DNA from: an uncultured Verrucomicrobiae bacterium | Lineage (GTDB): Bacteria > Verrucomicrobiota > Verrucomicrobiia > Chthoniobacterales > UBA10450 | Length of the DNA stretch: 64,000 bases | Assembly (NCBI GenBank): GCA_963772365.1 | Contig: CAVYXA010000005.1 | Span: 96,001 to 160,000 of the forward strand | Direction of reading: 5' to 3' | Part shown: piece by piece, positions 1-10,607 of the stretch | Layout of the letters: the number at the start of each line of letters is the position of its first letter | Position numbering within the stretch: position 1 is the stretch's first letter | Notes under the pieces: generated by a model | What the model saw: only the letters and a program-made list of their open reading frames with translations | Database searches by the model: none | What the model was told of the DNA's origin: nothing | Translations under genes and position numbers: made by a program

Positions 1-187
1 AGCGATCATGCAGGCTGGCGGCCCGAACCAGTATGGAAATTTGGGCAAGGTCCGTCTGATCCGAACAGTTAGCGGCAGGCAGCATGCAGAAACACTGAAT
101 CTCAAGATCGCAATGAGCGGACAAACGACCGAAGCGGTCTATGTCAAGGACGGCGACGTAATTTACGTGCCCCAGAAGCTGTTCTAG
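1..187 (+). CDS. 3' end of a polysaccharide export (Wza/SLBB-domain) protein, truncated by the window edge
   Basis: Frame 2 reads AIMQAGGPNQYGNLGKVRLIR...VYVKDGDVIYVPQKLF*. The AI..AGG and GD.I.VP motifs are typical of SLBB domains. Stop TAG at 185-187. Confidence 0.8.
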   Translation, partial: AIMQAGGPNQYGNLGKVRLIRTVSGRQHAETLNLKIAMSGQTTEAVYVKDGDVIYVPQKLF

Positions 188-375
188 AGAAATCAGGCTA
201 AGAACCCTAGGCTGGGCGGAAACAAAGTTTACGATTGCCGCCGCAGCAACTGCTCTGATAAATGCGATTGTCATCTAAAGCCCACACAAGCCACGCATCA
301 TCTACATCGTGGAAGAAACAGGTATAAATAATCCGAGACTCTTCACTCACACTGACATGAAGCGCTGCTTATAAG

Positions 376-1629
376 ATGATCGGTACAACTACAATTCGTT
401 CAATTGCCTTTGTCGCGGCCATGAGCTGTTTCTTCGTGTCCAAGATCCGGGCGCAGGAAGTTATCACGGAAGAGGAAGGAGAGGAGCAAACGGCATCGGT
501 TCAAGAAGACGAAGAAGAGGTATCGGACATGGGCATGATCACGGCTGTCCCATTTCATTTTGAGCTGGGCGTCCATGGAGGGTATGACGATAACGCGAGA
601 CTAAGCAGATCCGGCGGCGGATCGGTCCTTACGAAAGAAGAAGTAAAGATTTCGTATGACCTTCCGAATGAACGCCCGCATCTCCACATCGATTCGGGAG
701 CTAATTTCACCTACTATCCCGAACTCGGCAGAGGACGGCACGATACTCTCAATGCATTCCTAAATTCGAGTCTGGTCTATCCGTATTCTCCGCGACTTAA
801 GCTGGCAGTGAACTTTAATGGCGCTTATCGCACCGAACCGGACTTCAGCTCCGATGTGGGTGTAGAGAATCGCCTTTCCAATTTCCTTCAGATCAGTGTT
901 GGCGGCTCAGGCAGTTACAATTGGACGCCGACCTTTTCTACTGTGACCAGCGAAAATTTCAGGGTGGTCCGATATGACAGTTCTATGCTTGCCTTCTTTT
1001 TGGATCGAAATGAGAACACAATTGGTCAGGAATTCCGCCTGGCCGTCGTCCCCGAAAGCACTGTTCTGGCCCTGACCTACCGATTCCAAACAGTAGATTA
1101 CGAAACATTTTTCCCGCGTGATTCCACTACGAATTATCTGCTGGCCGGTTTCGATAAGAACTTTAATCCGTACCTGAAAGCCACATTCCGCGGAGGTGCA
1201 ACTGTGCGTTCATTCAATAACAGCGGCGCCGCTGCACGCGTCGATCCACATTTTGAGACATCCGTAAGCTATGACGGAGCGCACAATTCGATCCTAAGCT
1301 GGACGACCAGTTACGGTGTTGAACAGCCGAATTCTCGGATAGCGCTTACTCGCACAACCTTTCGTACCGGCTTGGAATTGGCCTACGACGTGACTGCACG
1401 TATACGCGCGACAACTCACATTTTCTATCATATCGACCAAAACGAAGCATTTTTTCCAAACCCCGACTTCTCGTCGGATGCATTCGAGATCTCTTTCGGC
1501 CTCCGCTACGCCTTTAGCGGCCGGTTATCGGCAGTGCTCGATTATCGGCACTCGGAGTTCAGCTCGGATGGCCCGATGCGCAATTCTTCGCACAATCGCT
1601 ATTCCGGGGGCGTGACTTTCAGCTATTAA
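376..1629 (+). CDS. Outer-membrane beta-barrel protein, EPS/PEP-CTERM-locus type
   Basis: 417 aa with a signal peptide, a GYDDN motif near the N-terminus, alternating amphipathic strands and a C-terminal aromatic residue (GVTFSY). Follows the Wza-like gene. Confidence 0.75.
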   Translation: MIGTTTIRSIAFVAAMSCFFVSKIRAQEVITEEEGEEQTASVQEDEEEVSDMGMITAVPFHFELGVHGGYDDNARLSRSGGGSVLTKEEVKISYDLPNERPHLHIDSGANFTYYPELGRGRHDTLNAFLNSSLVYPYSPRLKLAVNFNGAYRTEPDFSSDVGVENRLSNFLQISVGGSGSYNWTPTFSTVTSENFRVVRYDSSMLAFFLDRNENTIGQEFRLAVVPESTVLALTYRFQTVDYETFFPRDSTTNYLLAGFDKNFNPYLKATFRGGATVRSFNNSGAAARVDPHFETSVSYDGAHNSILSWTTSYGVEQPNSRIALTRTTFRTGLELAYDVTARIRATTHIFYHIDQNEAFFPNPDFSSDAFEISFGLRYAFSGRLSAVLDYRHSEFSSDGPMRNSSHNRYSGGVTFSY

Positions 1630-1671
1630 ACAAAACAAATGTCGGCCGGGTGTTAACGATGGCCTAAAGAT

Positions 1672-2733
1672 TTACGGCGCCACGAGCGTCCAGCCTGCCG
1701 CGACGGTTGGGCCATAAGCAGAGCCCGCGCTGGCAGTACCATGCAGATACCAGATGGCAGTTCTTCGTGTGCTGGGACGATAAAGCAGAAAATCCGGCTT
1801 ATTGTCGCGATTGAAATCAGCGACTCCCTTCAGGATGTAACCGCTGGCGACCGTCGGGCCATAGGCGCTGCTTACAAAATGGCCGTTTGATAAATACCAG
1901 ATCGCAGATTTTCGGGTGGATGCTTGGAACAGGACGTAGTCGGGATTGGTGTCGCCATTGAAATCCGTCACAGCGACTAACGACCAGCCAGAGGCAAGAG
2001 TTGGCCCGATTATTTCGCGATTGAAATTGTTTCCAACCAGACACCAGATTCTGGTTTGGCGGGTACTGGAGTTGTACAGGATCAAGTCGGGGTATCGATC
2101 GCCATCCATATCGGTGGCGGCTACCGGTTGCCAGCCAATCAGCGCAGTCGGTCCGTAGGCTCCACGCAGATAACTGGCGCCGGAGAGATACCAGATGGCT
2201 GTTTGTCGCGTGGTTGGATTGAACAGCGCGTAATCGAGATTCCCGTCCCGGTCGAAATCAGCAATAGCTGCGATTGTCCATCCTGCGGGTACGGTCGGTC
2301 CATACGCGCTGGACAAATAGGTGTTGTCATTCAAGTACCAAATGGCGCTTCGACGCGTGCTGAGATTACAGAGCAGATAATCCGGCTTACCATCGTGGTT
2401 AAAATCTGGTGCTCCTTGCGGCATCGGGCCCGGCACCGAATAGGAAACTTCGGTCGAGTAACCGCTTTCCATGCCCGCGCTGTTGTAAGCTGTGACCACG
2501 AAGTAGTATGTGGTCCCGGGATTTCTGCTGTGAACAATGAGGGATGTGGTATTTCCGGCCTCGAACGTCTCTGTATACGACCCCGAGTGTGTCCCCGCGT
2601 AAAGTCGATAGCCGGCGATGTCGGGTTCGACGTTCGCGTCCCAAGCCAGAGAGACGTTTGCGCCCTGGGATGTCTGAGAGAGAAAGGTGGCAATTAGAGC
2701 GAAAAGGGTGATAGATAGAAGTCGGCAACGCAT
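1672..2733 (-). CDS. Secreted fibronectin type III + FG-GAP/VCBS-repeat protein
   Basis: Signal peptide; FN3 motifs (LAWDAN.EPDIAGYRLY, YYFVVTAYN.AG.ES); five repeats of the form DFN.DG.PD....WY. Confidence 0.8.
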   Translation of the reverse strand: MRCRLLSITLFALIATFLSQTSQGANVSLAWDANVEPDIAGYRLYAGTHSGSYTETFEAGNTTSLIVHSRNPGTTYYFVVTAYNSAGMESGYSTEVSYSVPGPMPQGAPDFNHDGKPDYLLCNLSTRRSAIWYLNDNTYLSSAYGPTVPAGWTIAAIADFDRDGNLDYALFNPTTRQTAIWYLSGASYLRGAYGPTALIGWQPVAATDMDGDRYPDLILYNSSTRQTRIWCLVGNNFNREIIGPTLASGWSLVAVTDFNGDTNPDYVLFQASTRKSAIWYLSNGHFVSSAYGPTVASGYILKGVADFNRDNKPDFLLYRPSTRRTAIWYLHGTASAGSAYGPTVAAGWTLVAP

Positions 2734-2856
2734 CTATTGATATTATGAGAATTATAAGCAGCAGCCGTGCCGATTCGGGGCGATTTTCAAAAGCGCGAGC
2801 CCAAAGCGAATCCGTTGGAAAGAGGGGCGAACGGTGATCCGTAATGCCGTAACAAA

Positions 2857-4970
2857 ATGAACTGGAACATCTTGCTGGCATTTATTGCCGCTGGATTTAG
2901 CGCCGGGTTGGCTTTGCTCGCAACGGTGCGCAGCCGCCGCCCCATTACTCGCTGGTCTTTCAGCGCTGGCATGCTGCTGTTCAGCCTCGAGGCTTTGCTG
3001 GCAGCGCTCAGTTTCGAAGCTGCTTCTCAGGAGAATGCAGCGTTCTGGCAAAATCTTAGTCTGCTCGTGAAGATGTTTCTCCCAGGAGTATGGTTTCTTT
3101 TTAGTCTCACCTATTCGAGAGCCAACTATCGCGAATTTCTTGGCCGGTCGCGGCTGTTGCTTGCCGCCCTGTTCCTGCTGCCCCTTCTCTGGCTCGTCAC
3201 GTCGCGTTTCCCGCTCCTCCAAATCGTAACTTATAAGGAACCGCTCGAAGGCTGGGGCTTGCATTTCAGTCAAACAGCGAAAATTCTCAACGGGCTTTTC
3301 CTGATCTCGATGATCCTGATTTTGACGAACCTGGAACGGACGTTTCGCGCGGCCGTTGGAACCATGCGATGGCGAATTAAGTTCCTGGTGATTGGACTTG
3401 CGATTATTTTTGGTGCCCGAATTTACAGTGGCACACAGTCTCTCCTGTTCTCGGGTACAGTTTGGGCGAGCTTAATGTCAAGACTATTGCCCTCGTAATC
3501 GGATGCTGCCTGATCGCTGCAGGTTATTTCAGAAGCGGTTTTGCCGAGATCGATCTTTATCCGTCGCGCGCCGTCCTTCACACTTCGGTAACGGCGTTGT
3601 TGGCCGGAGCCTACCTGTTCGTTGTGGGAGTACTGGCCCAAATCGTTGCTCGGTTTGGTGGCGCAGCGACATTTCCGATCGCAGCGTTTTTGGTCCTCGT
3701 CGGAATTGCAGCGCTGGCGCTGCTACTGCTTTCCGAGCGGCTTCGACAAAGCTCGCAGTTATTTGTTAGCCGCCACTTCAAAAGACCGCAGCATGATTTC
3801 CGACAAATCTGGACTCGATTTGCTCGGGCTTCATCCGCCCCGCTTGATCCAGAGAGTCTCAGCGCGACCGTGGCCCGGCTCATCTCGGAAATTTTCGGGG
3901 CGCTCTCGGTCTCGGTTTGGCTGGTAAATCCGCAACAGGATCGGCTTGTGCGTGCAGGATCGACATCGGATGCGGAACCAAAGGGTGATGCTGATCTGCC
4001 TGACTGGATCGACGCGGAACAAAAGGCGCTGATTGAGCTGGGCAAAAATCCGCGCCCGTTTCAACCAGCCAGGACGAACAGCGTCTGGCCAAAATCTCTG
4101 ATGCCGGTTACCCGCGGCCGATTCCGGACCGGTGGCGATCCAGTTGTTGTTCCGCTGGTAACCGGAGATCAAACGCTGGGGATCATAGTGCTGGCCGACC
4201 GAGTCCGCGGCCAAATCTATACGCCGGAAGAAATGGATCTGCTCAAGTGCATTGGCGATCAGGTCGGGGCGAATCTTTTGAACCTGCGCCTCACTCGCGA
4301 AATCGTGGAACGAAAAGAAGTCGAAGCATTCCAGTCCATTGCCGCCTTCTTTGTTCACGATTTGAAGAATGCCGCGTCCACGCTCGGGCTTATGTTGCAG
4401 AACCTGCCGATTCATTTCGATGATCCTGCCTTTCGCCAGGATGCCTTGCGCGGAATTGAAAGCGCGGCCGGCCGGATGAACCAGCTAATCGAACGAATGA
4501 ATAGTTTTCGTTCCGAATTGCGGCTCGATCTTGTCGATCTCGATCTAAATTCTTTGATTCAGGAAACACTTGGAAACTTGAACGGCAGTATTCGCGGTGA
4601 GGTTGTCACCAATCTCGCTGCGCTACCATCGATATCGGCAGATCCAGCTCAGCTTCAAAGCGTGATCACAAATCTCGTCCTAAACGCAAATGATGCCCTC
4701 GTGCCTGACGGGCGGATAGTCGTGGAAACGGCTCGCCAGGAACCATGGGTCAGATTCTCGATTTCGGACAATGGTTGCGGCATGAGCGAAGAATTCGTGA
4801 AGACTTCCCTGTTTCGACCGTTTCGGACGAGTAAGAAAAAAGGGCTCGGTATTGGTATGTTTCAGGCAAGAATCATTGTCGAAGCGCATCGCGGGAAAAT
4901 CCAGGTCGAGAGCGCTGTCGGCGCGGGAACCACGTTTCGAGTGCTCTTGCCGATAACAGCCAAAACCTGA
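2857..4970 (+). CDS. prsK: PEP-CTERM system histidine kinase, split by a 1-nt frameshift near 3460
   Basis: ORFs 2857-3498 and 3462-4970 join if one T is added to the TTT run at ~3460 (~704 aa). Multi-TM N-terminus, GAF domain, AFFVHDLKN H-box, DNGCGM and GLGIG boxes. Directly upstream of a sigma54 response regulator and a TPR lipoprotein. Confidence 0.85.
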
Positions 4971-4998
4971 AATGCTGAAAATCTGAAAAGCTGAAATC
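4967..4998 (+). repeat. Tandem octamer CTGAAAnn x4
   Basis: ctgaaatg ctgaaaat ctgaaaag ctgaaatc read directly at the prsK stop. Confidence 0.8.
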
Positions 4999-5073
4999 AA
5001 ATATGCGGCTTAACTTGGAATTTCGGCGAGGTGCAAAACGGTACTCTTCTGCCATCATTCAGTATTTAACTTA

Positions 5074-6462
5074 ATGAAGTCAACCTTACTGATCGTTGAC
5101 GACGACCCGGAGATTCGGACCCAAATGAAATGGGCCCTCGGGAACGATTATGAAATTGTAGCCGCGGAGGGCCGCGACGGCGCGGTTAGCGCTTTCAAGA
5201 CATCCCGTCCGGTAGCTGTCCTGCTGGATCTTGGCTTACCACCGCATCCGAACGATCCGACGGAAGGAATGGCCACGCTGCATGAAATACTTACCATCGA
5301 CAGCCAGGCAAAAGTGATCGTCGTCTCCGGACAAGGCAAGAAGCAAAACGCGATCGAAGCGGTCGGCGCCGGCGCTTACGATTTCCTGTGTAAACCAATC
5401 GATGTCGAGGAATTGAAGCTGATTCTGCGGCGGTGCATTTACGTGGCAAACCTGGAAGCCGAGTACCGCGACATGCAGCGGAAAACGGCTCCAGATGAAT
5501 TCGAAAACATGCTCGGCGCCAGCCCGGAAATTCAGGGCGTGTTCGCGTTCATTCGAAAAGTGGCAACGACAACGGCTCCTGTCCTTTTGTTAGGCGAAAG
5601 CGGTACCGGCAAAGAGATGGCGGCAATGGCGATTCATCATCGAAGCACGCGCAAGGACGGCCCGTTCATCGCCATCAATTGTAACGCGATTCCCGAAAAT
5701 CTCCTGGAGAGCGAGCTGTTCGGCCACGAGAAAGGCTCGTTTACCGGCGCTCACACCCAAAGAAAAGGCCTGATCGAAAATGCTGCCGGCGGAACCCTTT
5801 TCCTGGACGAGATCGGCGAGTTGCCACCGAGTATTCAAGTAAAGCTGCTGCGGTTCTTGCAGGAACAACGGTTTCAGCGGGTCGGCGGTCGGCAGGAGAT
5901 CCAGATCGATACCCGGGTGATCGTGGCCACAAACGCCGATCTAAAGGAATCAGTAGCAAAAGGAAAATTCCGGGAGGACCTCTATTTCCGTATCGCTGTC
6001 GTGGTACTCAAGTTGCCGCCCTTGCGCGAGCGCGGCGAGGATGTCGATCTTCTGGCCCGGTCATTCCTGCAACAATTTGCGGTGCAATGCGAAAAGAACG
6101 CGATGACATTTTCGCCGGATGCGCTCAAGGCAATTCGTCGCCACGCCTGGCCGGGAAACGTGCGAGAGCTTCAAAACCGGGTGAAACGCGCGGTCATTAT
6201 GGCGGACGGGAAACGCATTTCCGCGGCGGATTTGGAATTAGTGGGTAATTCAGAACTGATTCGACCGGCCACACTTCGTGAAGTGCGGGAAAGCGTCGAG
6301 CGAGAGCTGGTCACACAAACTCTAAAAAAACATTCGGGCCGAATTACCCAGGCCGCCGCCGATCTGGGCATAAGCCGTCCAACTTTGTACGAGCTGATGG
6401 AGAAACTCGGCATCGGCAAGGCGGAGAACCCTTCCGAAGCGGCAGAACAAACAGTTCCCTGA
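5074..6462 (+). CDS. prsR: Sigma54-dependent response regulator (REC-AAA-Fis HTH), PEP-CTERM box type
   Basis: LLDLGLPP receiver, GESGTGKE Walker A, GSFTGA loop, FLDEIGE, WPGNVRELQN and a C-terminal LGISRPTLY helix-turn-helix. Lies between prsK and the TPR gene. Confidence 0.9.
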   Translation: MKSTLLIVDDDPEIRTQMKWALGNDYEIVAAEGRDGAVSAFKTSRPVAVLLDLGLPPHPNDPTEGMATLHEILTIDSQAKVIVVSGQGKKQNAIEAVGAGAYDFLCKPIDVEELKLILRRCIYVANLEAEYRDMQRKTAPDEFENMLGASPEIQGVFAFIRKVATTTAPVLLLGESGTGKEMAAMAIHHRSTRKDGPFIAINCNAIPENLLESELFGHEKGSFTGAHTQRKGLIENAAGGTLFLDEIGELPPSIQVKLLRFLQEQRFQRVGGRQEIQIDTRVIVATNADLKESVAKGKFREDLYFRIAVVVLKLPPLRERGEDVDLLARSFLQQFAVQCEKNAMTFSPDALKAIRRHAWPGNVRELQNRVKRAVIMADGKRISAADLELVGNSELIRPATLREVRESVERELVTQTLKKHSGRITQAAADLGISRPTLYELMEKLGIGKAENPSEAAEQTVP

Positions 6463-6551
6463 TGGCGGGTGGCTCTGAATCCGTGGCATGCGCTCGGTTT
6501 TGTGCTTCAATATCAACCCGTCGCTTCGCTAAACCCCCTTCCAGGTTACTT

Positions 6552-9500
6552 ATGATATTAATCCACAAAAACACTCACAGATTGCTTCTACTTTTGCTGC
6601 CGGTCCTCTTTTTCTCGGGTTGTTCTCCTGCCGCAAAGAAGGCGCGAATTCTCGACCGGGCCGATCGCTATTTCAAAGCTGGTGAATACGACAAGGCGAA
6701 AATCGAATACATGAACCTGCTCCGGGTGGATCATCAGAATATCAGGGCTTTCCGGCAACTCGGCTTCATCTGGTCGGAAGAAGGTGCGCCGCTCCGGGCC
6801 GTTCCATTTTTGCTGAAGGTGCGCGAACTGGCGCCGCAAGATGTGGCTGCGCGATCAAAATTGATGGCTGAAATGGTCGCCATCGGAGATCGACGCGAAG
6901 CGAGAAAAGAGGCATCGTCGATCCTTGAGCGCGACCCCTCCAATGCCGACGCCATTATTGTCCTGGCTGATGCTAGCCAGACCAAGGAAGATATTGCGGC
7001 AGCTGAGGAACAGGTAAGCAAATTCCCCGATAAAAATACGGCTGCGTTTCATCTCGCTCAGGCAACTCTGACGGCGAAAAAAGGCGATCTTGGCGCCGCT
7101 TCCGATGAAGTCCAACAGGCGATCGCTGCCGATCCGAAATCAGCACGGGCTCATTTGATAATGGCTTATTTGTATTTGCTGCGAAAGAACCCCACGCATG
7201 CCGGGCCAGAACTGAAAGCGGCTGCTGAACTTTCTCCTCTGAGATCTGAGGAACAGATCAAAGTACGCCGAGTATCAGGTGGCGAATGGCGCCCGGGACG
7301 ATGCAAAAGCACTACTGCAAAAAATAACAAAGAGTGCTCCCGATTACCTTCCGGCCTGGCGCGCTCTCGCGTCGGTCGCTCTCCTGGAAAAGAAATACGA
7401 TGAAGCGCTCTCGGCGTTGGAAAATATTTTCAGTCGCGATCCCGATAATGCGGATGGTCGACTTTTGCAGGCTCAGGTCTGGCTCGCCAAAGGTGAGCCG
7501 AGCAAGGCAGTTAGTGCCCTGGAGAAGGTCGATCGCACTTATCCCAACAATCCTCTGATCAAGCTTCATCTCGCCCGGGCATACGTAGCCAACAAAGACG
7601 CGGAAAAAGCCAGGGTGGCGCTCGAGCAAGCGATCTCGAGCAAGCCCGATTTTACCGAGGCTGTATTGTCCCTGGCCGAGCTGAATCTGCGATCCGGGAA
7701 AGCGCAGGCTGCTGTAGGGCCACTGGAAGAGTTGCGCAAAAGGCGACCAGATCTGCCGCAAGTCCGCATCCTGCTGGCCAGCGCCTATCAATTGCTCGGC
7801 CGTCTTGACGATGCCGCTTCGATTTTCCGCGAACAAGCTGAACAGAATCCGCAGGCTCCGGATGCTCACTTCTTCCTCGGGGTCATTTTGCGTCAGCAGA
7901 AAAAGGATTCCCATGCGCGCAAGGAATTTGAAAAAGCGCTGGAGCTAAAACCGGATAACTGGCTGGCAATCGATAATCTGACCGAGATGGATATTGTCGA
8001 CAAGCAATACGATCTAGCGATTGAGCGGGCTCAGCGTTATGTCGAAAAGAAACCTGATCTCGCGCCGGGTCATTACCTGTTGGGGAAAATCTACGCCGCC
8101 CGGCAGGATTGGCCCAAGGCCGAAGCGGAATTGAAAAAGACGCTCGATCTCGATCCAAACTTCGGGCTTGCCTACAATGGACTGGTATCGATCTACGTTG
8201 CCCAAAAGAAGCTTCCCCAGGCGATTTCCGAAGTCGAAGGGGTACTGAAACAGCAGCCCGACAATGGGCGCGCTCTATTGACGCTCGCTCTTCTGCAAGA
8301 GCAGATGAAAGATTATTCCAAAGCCCGCGATGCTTACGAGAAAGTTCTCAAGGTTAGCCCCGACACTGTCGTAGCGCTGAACAATCTCTCTTATCTGTAC
8401 GCAGAACGGTTTCACCAGCTCGATCGCGCGTACGAGCTGGCCCAGAAAGCCCATAATCTTCAGTCGGATAACGCTTCGATTAACGATTCGCTCGGCTGGA
8501 TTCTGTATGAGCGCGGCGATTATCAGCAGGCTCTGCCACTGCTGCAAGAAAGCGTTGGTAAACTACCGGATAATCCCGAAGTGCAATATCATCTCGGTAT
8601 GACGGCTTCCATGATGGGCCAGGCCGAGATCGCGCGAGTGGCCTTGAAAAAGGCCGCGGATTCCACTGTCGATTTTCCCGGTAAACAAGAGGCTCAACAG
8701 CGCCTCGCGGCGCTCAGTCATTCCACTGGGAGCACGACATCCGAGTCGTCTTCAAATGTCGTCGCCCTGACTCGGCACGCGGAGGACCTTGAGAAAAATG
8801 GCGAACCTGCCAAGGCTGCTGAGGCCTATGAGGAGGCTTTAAAGCTCAATCCGAAGTTGCCTGATGTCCCCTTGAAACTGGCACAGCTTTATGCCGGTCC
8901 TTTGCACAACCGCGAAAGGGCCCTTGAATTCGCCAAGAACGCTCGAGCCTTGGCTCCGAACGACACTAAAAGCGCTGCGGTTCTGGGGCGACTTGCATTG
9001 CAATCCGGCAATTACAGTTGGGCTTACAGCCTTCTCCGGGAAACCGTTAGGCGAGGGAGCACTGATCCTGCGGTCCTTCACGATTTCGCGATGGCGACTT
9101 ATGCGCTCGGCAACGTTCCCGACGCGCGCCGCACCATGAATCGCTTGTTAGAAGCGAACCCAGATCCCAATCTGGCAAACGAAGCAAAAATGTTTCTTGA
9201 GATGACGGCACTTGAGCAACCCTCGCCCGAAACCATGGCGGCCAAGCCAGAGATCGACAATGCACTGAATCGAGAGCCGGATTACGTCCCAGCATTGATG
9301 GCGCGTGCCGCAATTCAGCTTCAACAGAACGATCATAAAGCGGCAACCGACAACTACCAAAAGGTGCTGCAGAAATATTCCGATTTCGCCCCGGCTCAAA
9401 AACGGTTGGCCGCGCTTTACGCTGAGACTCCTGAGACGCTTACCAAGGCTTACGATCTAGCGATGAAAGCGCGCAAAGTCCTCCCTAATGATACCGACCT

Positions 9501-9747
9501 GGCGCTGACCTTCGGCGAGATCAGTTATCAGCGAAAGGAATTTCCCTATGCGATCCAGTTATTCCAGCAAGCCGCTGCGAAGCAGTCGCTACCGGCCAAA
9601 GATCTTTTTTATCTGGGCATGGCTCAATTACAAACACGCCAGGCCGCAAATGGCCGCGAGACGCTGGATCGCGCGTTGAAGGCTGGCCTGTCGGGTTCAC
9701 TAGCCGACGAAGCAAAGAAACGCCTCGCTGAACAGCCGCAGCGGTAG
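6552..9747 (+). CDS. prsT: TPR-repeat lipoprotein (PrsT-like), split by a 1-nt frameshift near 7262
   Basis: Lipobox (LFFSG-C) after ATG 6552 and many TPR repeats. ORFs 6462-7403 and 7279-9747 join if one A is removed from atcAAAgtac (~1064 aa). Confidence 0.75.
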
Positions 9748-9800
9748 GACGGTGGCAAACAGGTTGCATGTTGAAGCGCAGCCCGGCTTGGACGTGATCC

Positions 9801-9829
9801 TTGGCCGACCGGTAAATATGGTTTACAAT
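9801..9829 (+). promoter_or_regulatory. Sigma70-like promoter of the TA operon with an overlapping palindromic operator
   Basis: TTGGCC-N17-TACAAT (9801-9829). Inverted repeat GTAAA-N5-TTTAC (9812-9826) overlaps the -10 box. Confidence 0.5.
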
Positions 9830-9838
9830 CGCGTTAAG

Positions 9839-10096
9839 ATGAAGGCGACGCTCGAGATCCCCGAGCCTCTTTTCCGAAAAGCGAAATCTATTGCCGCGCG
9901 GCAGGGACGGACCCTTAAGCAGTTCGTGAACGAGGCGTTATCGGAGAAACTCGCACGGGCAGACGGCGCGATTAACCGGCAAAAGCCGTGGATGGGATTG
10001 GCAGGCAGTTTAAAGCATCTTCAAGCTGAGAATCGCCGAATCGAACGCGTTATCGAGGCGGAGTTCGAAACCATCGAGTCCGAAGACCAACAGTGA
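9839..10096 (+). CDS. VapB-like ribbon-helix-helix antitoxin
   Basis: MKATLEIPEPLFRKAKSIAARQGRTLKQFVNEAL is an RHH-type N-terminus. Its stop overlaps the PIN gene start (GTGA). Confidence 0.8.
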   Translation: MKATLEIPEPLFRKAKSIAARQGRTLKQFVNEALSEKLARADGAINRQKPWMGLAGSLKHLQAENRRIERVIEAEFETIESEDQQ

Positions 10097-10344
10097 TTCT
10101 TGACACCAACGCGCTCTCGGCCTTTGCCGAAGGCGTTCCGCTAGTAGTGCAACAGGTCGGCGCAACCGATGATCTGCACGTTCCGGTAATTGTGCTGGGC
10201 GAGTACGTTTTCGTATCGCGACCTCGCGACGGCGGCGCGAATATGAAGAATGGCTGGCCCGCGGCCCGGCAGCACGACCTTCCAATTCTGAGCCGGGACA
10301 GTGACTTCGATGCTGTCCCACATCCCACCCGTCTTTCCTGGTAG
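10093..10344 (+). pseudogene. vapC: VapC/PIN toxin with a frameshift and an internal deletion
   Basis: ILDTNALS...VIVLGEY N-terminus and ARQHDLPILSRDSDF C-terminus, but only 83 aa. The expected RF.IA..RRRREYEEWL continues in another frame, and the ND.WIAA segment is absent. Confidence 0.75.
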
Positions 10345-10448
10345 CATTCAGCGTTTCAGTTTTTCCCTTGGCCCGCCTGCCTGCTCGCGAAAGCCTTCGG
10401 AGTAGCCTCGCGCGAAGGAAGCAGCCTTTCAGATTTTTCTCGAGTTTT

Positions 10449-10465
10449 CGTCGGATATCTTTACG
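10449..10465 (+). promoter_or_regulatory. Putative enhancer (bEBP/PrsR) site 1
   Basis: CGTCGGA-TATCT-TTACG, i.e. CGT-N11-ACG. The same motif occurs at 11514 and 12824. Confidence 0.7.
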
Positions 10466-10499
10466 GAAATCTAATTAGGTAGCACAATACGCATATTTT

Positions 10500-10512
10500 C
10501 AATTACTTGATT
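10500..10512 (-). promoter_or_regulatory. IHF-like site between enhancer and sigma54 promoter
   Basis: Reverse complement AATCAAGTAATTG matches the WATCAANNNNTTR consensus. Confidence 0.5.
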
Positions 10513-10542
10513 CTCAATGGTTTACGACCTGATTGAAAGGCA

Positions 10543-10558
10543 TGGCATCAGGTATGCT
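10543..10558 (+). promoter_or_regulatory. Sigma54 -24/-12 promoter
   Basis: TGGCATCAGGTATGCT, with GG-N10-GC spacing, 50 nt upstream of ATG 10608. Confidence 0.8.
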
Positions 10559-10607
10559 TACGTTATAGGCTGCTAGACCCTCAACCTTAACAAGAAAGAA
10601 AAATAGT

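Noticed and set aside
3455..7270. Programmed frameshifting or phase variation in prsK and prsT
   Set aside because: The runs are only 3 nt, with no slippery heptamer or long tract. Sequencing error is the simpler explanation.
1672..9747. CRISPR or other DNA repeat array
   Set aside because: The periodicity is protein-level (FG-GAP and TPR repeats). No identical repeat-spacer array or cas gene was seen anywhere in the window.
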